Below are positions 54,801-63,800 of a stretch of DNA of 64,000 nucleotides, one piece after another. The notes beneath the pieces are model-generated. The model was given only the letters and a program-made list of their open reading frames with translations. It was not told the origin of the DNA and did no database searches. The stretch's first letter is position 1. Every line of letters begins with the position of its first letter. Origin of the DNA: Candidatus Omnitrophota bacterium (GTDB lineage Bacteria; Omnitrophota; Gorgyraeia; Zapsychrales; JANLHA01); the NCBI GenBank assembly GCA_030688425.1, contig JAUYIB010000007.1, forward strand, positions 29,854 to 93,853, read 5' to 3'. The translations under genes and the position numbers were made by a program.

Positions 54801-57800
54801 GCATTTGATCGGTTCCTGGGTGCAACAGCAACCGCAGAATCAACCCGGATGTCCCATGAAATAGAGGGCGTTGAAATTGTCCAGAAAGCGCCGGAAAAAG
54901 ATTATGTGAAAGATGTTAAGCCGGTCTTGGATTCCAGGGCCAGAAAAGGTGAGTCCTATACTGACGCTATTCTGGAGAATTTGTCTAGGCCCGAGTTGAG
55001 CGAGGAAGGGCGGATAACCCTTGCCTCCACATTTTTGGCAAAAGCTGTTGATGATACTGTCAGCCGGCTGCGCTCTAAAGCGCAAGCCGAAGGTCGGGCC
55101 CCTGAGTATATTGAAGGAGAAGAGGCCTATCGGCATCAGCGCGGAGACAAAGAGATTGTTACTCTGGTCGCGCGGGAAGATCCTAATAATCCTGGTTTTC
55201 TGAACGAAGGGAGTGAAAAAGCGGTCAGGTCGTTGATCGAGCGTATTCAGAATAATCCCAATGAAGAAGCGAATATTCTTGTATTGGGGTTGAGCAGCGG
55301 TTCTAACCTGTTGGGTATCGTTGATGCGCTCAAGGTTAAAATCCGGGCAAATCCGGCAGAGGCGCGCAATTTACCTAAAGTCAATGAATTGTTTTTTGGG
55401 ATTGAGGCAGAAGCTGAGATTGGCCAGTTTATGAGCCGCGCTAAAGAAGACCCGCAGACTGGCCGCCTTTCCCCGAGTAAGATTCGGGAAGCGATCATCT
55501 TAATCGAGAATGACCCGCATATACCGAGCGCTGAATATGCTGCTGCAAAAGCTGCTTTGGAAATCGCTGATCCGGCTGCACGAGAGCAGGCTGTGCGCTC
55601 CGCCTTTTCAAGAATGATCCGGGGACATCAAGCCCGGATGGAAGCGAATAGCATCATGGGCAACGTGCATACTACGTCGCAGACTGCTGGAAGAATTTCT
55701 AAGCCGGAATTGCTTGCCAAGCTGGATCAGCATCTCCGTGAAACAGACCAGAGAACAACAAGGGATCATTTGGAGGCGTCTGGGCAGAAGCATGTTCAAG
55801 TGCCGACAACTTCAGGCCAGGGGTATGAAACCTTCGTTCTTTCTTCCTCCAGTCCTGCGGGGATAGAAGCCATCAGCGTCACCAACACGGGCGATGAGAA
55901 CAATAAGCTCATCGGCATCAACCAGACACTGAACTACCGCTCCGGGCTGTTCTATCACAAGGACGACGAAGAGCAGAAGAACCCGATCGCCATGGCCGTC
56001 ACCACCGACGTCGGCGGCAAGCCGCAGACGCAGAAGATGTCGGTCGAGGCGGTGTCCCCGGCCCAGTCTTCGCTCATCGGCGGGACGACAGGGCTGGCCG
56101 TGAAAGTTACCGACGCCAAGATTACCGGGACGCCGGTTTCCCTGGGTGACCAGATTACCTTTACGAAAGGGGTCGGTGTTGTGAGCGCGGCGGGCGCCAG
56201 GGAGCCCAAGACGATTATCGTCGGCGGCCGGTTCGGAGAGCAGATCGGGGCCAATCAGTTCCGCCTGCCGTATGAGGAGGACGGAACCACCACGCTGCAG
56301 CTGGTGCGCAATGACAAGAATGAAATTGCGGATGTCGAACGGGCCACCATTGCGGCCGGCAAAAAAGCTATCGATTTCGGCGGCTTTGTGTTGAGCCCGG
56401 CCCAGACCTGGAACCTCAAAAACAATTTGATCCAGGATGCCAAGGGCCGGAACGTCAAGGCGGTGCGGGCCATTCCGACTGCTCTGGGCGTGACCACCAT
56501 GGCCTTTGATATTGGCGAGACCTATCAGATCGGCAGAGACGTTGTTGACCTCAAAGGAGTGGACGGAGACAAGAGGATCACGGTGGGGATGAGCCCGACC
56601 TATCGGGTGACCGAAAGGGAAGACGGCATGGACGAGCTGGTCCGGCAGGACATTGAACTGCCGCAGGACCGCGTGGAGATCAGGACGCCGGGTGGCGTGT
56701 TAACCTTGAGCAAGGGAGATTATAGGGAAAGCAGCGGCGTTGTCCGCGACAGCAGCGGGAACATCAAGGGGATGATTTTTGACAACGGGCATGCCAGCGC
56801 TGTTTCCAACGGCAAGCTGGTCCTCAGTGATTATTCCAAAGCTGGGGTCGGGCTGAAGATCTCAGCCGGCGTTCAGCAGGCGATCGATAAAGGGAAGGCC
56901 GAGTTTGAAACGATCGAGATGGAAGTCTCTCCGGAGCTCGCGGCGGATAAGCAGTTCGGCGGGCATTTCCTGGATGTTTTAAAAACCGCTAGTGTGAAGG
57001 CAGACGGTACGCGCGTTGTCACAACATCCCCAGTTGCATTGAAATCTTATCTGGACCAGGGCCAGGGTGAGAAATATGTTCAGGAGACATTCCTGGGGGC
57101 TTTGAACAACGCTCCCATCAAGTGGGCTTATAAGGGCCGCGAAGGGCTCAAGGTCACGTCCGTTGCCGATAACCCCGGCAGCCATCCTGTTCTTTCGAAT
57201 GCGGTTCAGACGGCCGCCGCTCATTGGAAAGGCGTGGCCGATAACATGGCGGATGATGAGGTCCTGCCTGTGCAGTTGCGCAGCGGTGAAACGCTGGATC
57301 TGACCCGCGCCCAGATCCAGGCGATGGCGACCCATCTGGCCAAGATGCAGACCGGCGGCGAAACCCTTACGACAGGACAGAAGTCGCACGGCGTGATGAT
57401 GATCGAAGGGTATAGCGCCGAAATCCAGGAAAAGATGGTGGAAGACATCCTGCAGAATCCGGCGGCCTACGAGATCAAGGAAGGATTTACTCCGACACAG
57501 AAACTGCGGATCGCCCATTTTATGGCTGACAAGATGCTCCAGGGACACCAGGGGACCGGCGGCGACGTGACCGGTCGAGAAGGCCGGTACGTGTATCTAT
57601 TCGATGTCGGCCGCCCGGACATCGGAAAGCAGATCTTCAAAGGCAGGGAAGACCTGCTGGGGCGGCTTGAGCAGTCCAAACCGGCCGGGCTTTCCGAAGC
57701 GGATGAAATGGCGATGATCATCGAGCACGAAGCGCTGAGCTTCCTGGGCAAGGAAAGCGACCCGGCCAACAGAGTGACCCTCTCGCACGATGAGGTTGTG

Positions 57801-60800
57801 GACATCCAGAGAGCCCTGGTCGAATTTGATCTCGCTGCCGACAAGTCCGTCTTTAAGAAAAAGGCCGAGCCGGCCGCATACGCTTCCGCGGGCACCGGCA
57901 GAACCATGGGCGCGTCCGAGAAATCAATGTTAAAAAAGCTGACGCCCGTTGCTCCGGCAACTTCCATGGCTGGCCTGCAGACGGCTGCAAAACCTCAGAC
58001 GTTGAGTGTCCAAACAACAACGGCAGATGTCAGTTCCGCCGCCGGCCAGGTGAAGGTGCCGGACATCAAGGCCCCGCCTGCCGGCGTTCAGCCGTCCGCT
58101 GTTCCTCCGGCCGCCCAGATCAAGGCCGCCACCCCGCTTCTTCCTCCGGGTCTGACCCCGGCGATGCTCCCGCTGAATTTAACCCAGGCCCCCAAGTCCG
58201 ACGCGCAGAAGATCGCTTCCGCCCAGCGCCAGGAAAGCCAGAGCCCGTCTTCCTTGCTGATCCGTCCGAGCGTTCCGGAAATTCCGCGCACCCAGTCCCC
58301 TGTTGTGGCCATGGCCTCGGCCGCGCCGCAGATGCAGTCGGTGAAAGGGGCGGCGGTCGCTTCCAGCAACATCTCTGACACGACCGGCCGCGGCAGCCAG
58401 GCGCCTTCGGTGGAACGCCAGACGTCGTTTGTGTCTGCCCAGCTCACCGATCGTTACGGCAACGTTATCGGATCCATGCAGAAGGGCATGAGTTCCACTT
58501 CCGCTCAACCCGGGACGGTCGGCCAGGTCGTCATGGCTTCCCAGAAGGAAGGCGCTCAGCCGCAGCCTGGGATCGACATTTCCAAAGATATGGCCAGCGT
58601 TTTCGGATTGAGACCTGTCGAGCCCGGCGAGCTGTCTTCCATCACGAACCCGCAGGCGTCCAAGGCCACGGCCGCGAGAGACCGGGAGTTGACCTCTCCC
58701 AGAGCCAAGCAGCAGAGAGAGCTGACCAGCGTCCGCGGGAAAGCGAAGACGGCCAAAGATAATTCCATGCTGTCCAAGAAGACAGTCGCCGCCGGAATGT
58801 TGGCCGGGGCTTTGGCGATGAACACACTGGGCGCGGATTTGGATGCCGTCCGTCGCACGACAATTTTTGAGAGACCCACGATCACAAAAGGAACGAATGA
58901 CGCAATCCCGCTGATCGTCAATTTCGGAAGACAAAAAGTCGACGTCTCGGTCATGTACAACTCAAGGAAGAGCATGGATGTTAATGATCCTGCGACCGTC
59001 AAGAAATTGGAGCGTGTCGCCGATGTCTTTGTGCAGGTCCGTGCCTTGGCCCCGGAGGCCTTTCATCTTATTAAGACGATCAGGCTCGATAACACCGATC
59101 TCCAAACCGCACAGGCAGGCCCGGATGACGGTTCCATCGATGTCCATGTGGATGACCTTTTCAAGCTCAACCCCACCAACCGCATGGAACTGGCGATGGG
59201 CCTTAAGGACGGCGAGGAAAAAGCGTTGATCACTGTGATTCATGAATTGGGTCATTTGGTCCAGGGGACCATGACCAAGGCCGAGCAGCGGGAGTGGTCG
59301 AGGTTGTCCTTCCCGAAGGCTACCGCCGGCGATTGGGCCGATGAGGCGTTTGGCCAGGCTTATGCAGATGTTGTGCTGAGAAGAAAAACATCGGTGGATT
59401 ATTATTATCAGCGCGGCAAGCGGGAGATCAAAGATAAAGATCGTGCCAGGGCCGAAAAAGAAAACGCGAAAATGCGCGCTTTCGTTGGCCGCGTCGTTGA
59501 TCGCCGCAAGGCCGCATGGGAAAAACGTTCGGCCTTTAATAATATCCAAAATGATACGGTCGGATTTGTTCAGATCCCGTCGGACATCTCCTGGGGGGAA
59601 GTCAGCCCCCGTATCGGGTCCCCATCGGCTATCGGCGACAAGTCGATGCTGTTGTCAAAGAAGCTGGCCGCCATTAAGAATCCGATATTCGAAGAAGCCG
59701 GGTATCGCATCAATCCGCAGACGCTGTCCATCGAACCGGTTAAATTCAATAGTGATACCGAGAGACGTCAGGCGGTTTCCGCGAAGATTTCCGGCATTTT
59801 GGCCGACCCCAGCCGTTTGACAGCAATTCCAAAGGCCAAGGGCGACGCTGCCAAGGTTGAGACGATCTTAAGGATGGACGGGTATCAACAGCCGTCCGGC
59901 GAAGCTGTCCCGAGTTATATGGAAGTCGTTTCGGTTGACAACACCATGTATGTGCGAATTCCGGCCGTGGACAAGAAAACGGGAGACAGATACGTCAAGG
60001 CGAACGCCGTGGAGCTGGTCGGGTTGTTCAGAAATCTGAGCGGCCAGGAACTCGAAAGCCGTTCGAATTATTCCGGCCGCGAACTTCAGCCCGACACGTA
60101 CTGGGCGCCCAAGAAAGAATACGTCACCAAGCACCAGCCGTATTATCAAGAGAAGATCCACCCCATGGTCGCCCAGGCCATCGGCGCTTCCATCGAAGGC
60201 GGGCAGGTGACATCGCAGGAAGTGGATGTCCTGGATATAGGCGGGCATAACGGTGCGTTTATTGAATCGTTGAACAAGCAGTTGCCGAAAATTTTCCCTG
60301 ACCGGAAATTCAAATTTGAGCTGGTCGAGCGCAATGAGGGCAGTGTCAAGGCCGCCGAGGCCAAATTCAAGGGTGTGAAGAACGTGACCGTCCAGAAGCC
60401 GACGGACTTGACCCAGAAGGGTATTTCCGCCACCGGGCCGAAGGACGTGATCACCGCCATCGGCGTTTTGAACGAGCAGGTCATGTCGGCCGATGATGCA
60501 AGAAGCTTAGCGAAGCAGGCGTATGACACCTTAAAGCCGGGCGGGGTCTTCATCGTGACCGGCGGGACCCGCACGCATTTGACCGTCAGCGACCTGCAGT
60601 CCATGGGCTTTGAGGTCCGCAACACGAGCATCCCGAGCAACGTCGCCATGTTTGAAGGCGTTGAGGATTTGATGATCGCCGTGAAGACCGCCCCCGCTGC
60701 CCGTAGCAGCGCTTTGGCCCGTGCGACAACCAAAGCTGCCGACAAGTCGATGTTGAAGGACATGCGCCTTGCCAATCCGGCGGCGGAAAAGGCGCGCGTT

Positions 60801-63800
60801 GTGAATGTGGTTCGCGCAAATATCCTTGCCAATGGCCGGCTGGTTCAGGACGTGCGGTCCCTGGGCTACACAGCCGACCAGGTCCAGCAGTTTGCCACGC
60901 GCGTGGCCGATCATGTGAGCAATGTTTCCCACACCGAAACGCCGAGTTTCTCCACGACGGGCACTCTGTACCCCTACACCCAGCCGGAAGATCAAATGAA
61001 GCTGTTGCGCGCCGAATTCCGCACGATTATCGAGTCGAAGAAGAACCAGCCGGAGAGGACATTTGATCTTGTGGCGTCCGGGCTCGGCCGCCAGCCGCTT
61101 GAGGCTCAATTGGCGATGAAGGCCTTTTACGACGAATTGAAAGCCGCCGGCCAGAATCCGCAGGATTGGCAGGTCCGGTTCTACGGGATTGATTACAGCG
61201 ATGAATCGCTCAAGGGCGCCATCAAGGAGAACGGAACGAATGTCATTGACGCCTCGACCCGCGGCATGATCAAGATCATGTTCCCCGGACAGAGCATCGG
61301 CGGGAATAACCTCCAGGTCAATATTGTTGCGGCCAACCTGCTGGATGAACAGTCGCTGCGGCAGGCTCTCCCCGGCGTCAAGGCGGATGTGATTCTTGAC
61401 CGCCACACGCATTACGGCAATCATAAGGCCATGTGGGGAGATTTCGACAAGGCCTTGAACGAAGCCGAAGCCCGTAAGCAGCCGGTGAAGAATAATCTGA
61501 ACCTGTTGGGCTTTACGATCGCGGCTGTGCAGTCCAGCAACCTGATCAAGACGGTCGGCCGCGAAGGCACACTGTATGTGACCGAGCCGTATACGACTCA
61601 AAGCGAAGATAACAAATTCGGGGCCGCGGACAACTGGAAGACTGATTTCAAACCGTTTGTGCCGCCGGGGACCGAGCTCATGACCACCAACCGCATCGCC
61701 GCGGAGCTTTCCGCCGTGAATGCCGGAGCGGCTAACAGCCTGGCGTTCTCGACGCGCAATTTCCTGCCGTACGGTACTGGGATAACCCGCGTCGCGGATG
61801 TCAATGCCGTGCGCAACGCGGGTTTAAGAGATTTTCAGAGATCCATGGGTTCGGCTGTTGAAACGGCCCGGATGAGCGATCAGAATTTGAAGCTGGCCAA
61901 GGTCGGCGACAAGAGCCTGCTCACGGCCAAGGTCCAGGAACCGGAGCTTTGGGGCGGGCATGTGCAGACCAGCGTTAAGACTTTGATGAGGGATGGGGAA
62001 AAGATTGGTGAAAAGGTCAGCATGAAGCCCGCGAGCCCGGCTGACGTGACGGCCCACCCGCAGATTGCCGCCAAGAATGTCGTCGCCAATATTGAGCCAG
62101 CCATCACTGCGGGACTCAGGGCCCAGCCGCAGGTGCGCACGCCGGACATCAAAGCGCCTCAGGCGGCCGCAACGAAGATTACGACTACCCCGCTTCTGCC
62201 TCCTGCCGTGGCCACTGCGGCGACATTGAAGCCGGTCACCACCACCTTGCCGCCTGCGCCGGCCACCCTTAAACCTGTGACCACGATTCTGCCGCCCGTG
62301 ATGCCGCAGGCCAAGAAAGACACAGAACAACCCCGGACTGCCGCAATCGCTTCCGCCAGAGCCGGCGATCAGTCGATGTTGCGTAATAAATCCGGCGAAC
62401 CCCGGGAGAAACCGGTCGTGGCCGCAGGATGGAACAAGCTTGTTTCCGATCGGCTGTTGGCCCAGAACAGAAAGATCGCGTGGGAACCCAATGAAACACC
62501 GGAGCAGTTTATCGCGCAAGTCCGGGAGGGGAAGGCGGCGGAAGCCATTAACAGCTTTGTGATACGCAGGAGCGCCGGCGCCGAAGATCATGAAAGAAGG
62601 GATTATCACACGCAGGCCGTCGATTTCGCGGTAACCCAGATGGTCACGGATCGCGATTTCGCGGGGATGGAAAGATTGGTGACCCAATATAACCGGCAAA
62701 ATGTGAACATCAGTCTGCCGACACAACTGATGATCGAATCTTTGGTTGACAATAATCCCGCGCAGGCCTACGGCCGTCTGGCCCAGGCTTCCAGACTCGA
62801 TGAGAACGGCCCTCAACAGATTGTCAGCCTGGATAACATGGTTGGCCATGTCCGTCTGATCAATAAATTCCAGGGTCGGCCGGTCAGCGATCAACAGCTT
62901 GTTCAGGGGATCCGGGAGGGGATTGGGACATTGCCTCAATCCAGGGCCGCCATGGTCGCAGTCCGTGATTTTGACGCCGAGCAAACGCTGGCCCCGGCTG
63001 TCTGGCAATTGCTCAAGCGCCGCGGCCAGGATGCCGATTATCTGCATTTTGAAACCGTGAAAGATAACCTTTATGTGGGGCCGGATCAACAATTGTACTT
63101 GAAAAAAGAGCAGGTGTATCAGACGAAGCCTTTGACGGCCCATATGGACGTCAACAATCCGGTCCGCGAGTATTTTGCCTACAAGATCGGCCGCGCCATC
63201 GGGGCCAACACCACGGAAACAATCATCGCTCCGGAGAAGACCTATTCCAGAATCTCGCTTGATGAGAAAGAGACATTGCCGCAGCCGACGAAAGAACAGG
63301 CGGAGGCGGCTGATTTCGTGCTGAACGTCTTCCTGCGTGTCCCTGATCCTTCGAAAGATTTTGTCCAGAAGTCGAAAGTCGGCGACACCGTCAAGTTCTT
63401 CGATAAGGACCGCGCTTTTGACGATGATTCTGAACCTATGGGCGAAGTGAACGAGCCGCACAGCGGTTATCTGGGTAAGCTCGCTTATTACACCCGGGAA
63501 AATCAGCAGCATTGGAGCGCTCAGGATTTTGACCAGGCCACGATCTGGGAGACGATGGACCGTGTCCAGCAACTGGATATCGAAGACGTCGAGGCAGGAG
63601 CGAAACCCGAAGTCGACAGGCTCGGCACCCACGCCACCAGAGAATTGGCCCAGTATGCGAGCTTCCTGCACCGGACCCGAGGGCCTCAGTTTGAAAATGA
63701 CGTGAGGGCCGCGTTTAAGGCCCTGACCGGCGACGACCTGAAGCCGCGAGAAGTGGCCCTCCGCGAAAGAGCCCTGCGCGAAACCACGCGGCTGGCCTCC

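Noticed and set aside
57723-57737. Second HEXXH metalloprotease motif at IIEHEALSF
   Set aside because: The sequence is H-E-A-L-S. The second His is missing, so it is not an HEXXH motif.
36660-63671. Other long minus-strand ORFs inside the giant gene (36660-37925, 45297-46379, 48756-49799, 60531-61601, 61824-63671 and others)
   Set aside because: They have the same antisense-shadow character. They overlap one another and the forward frame, and none has a recognisable domain.
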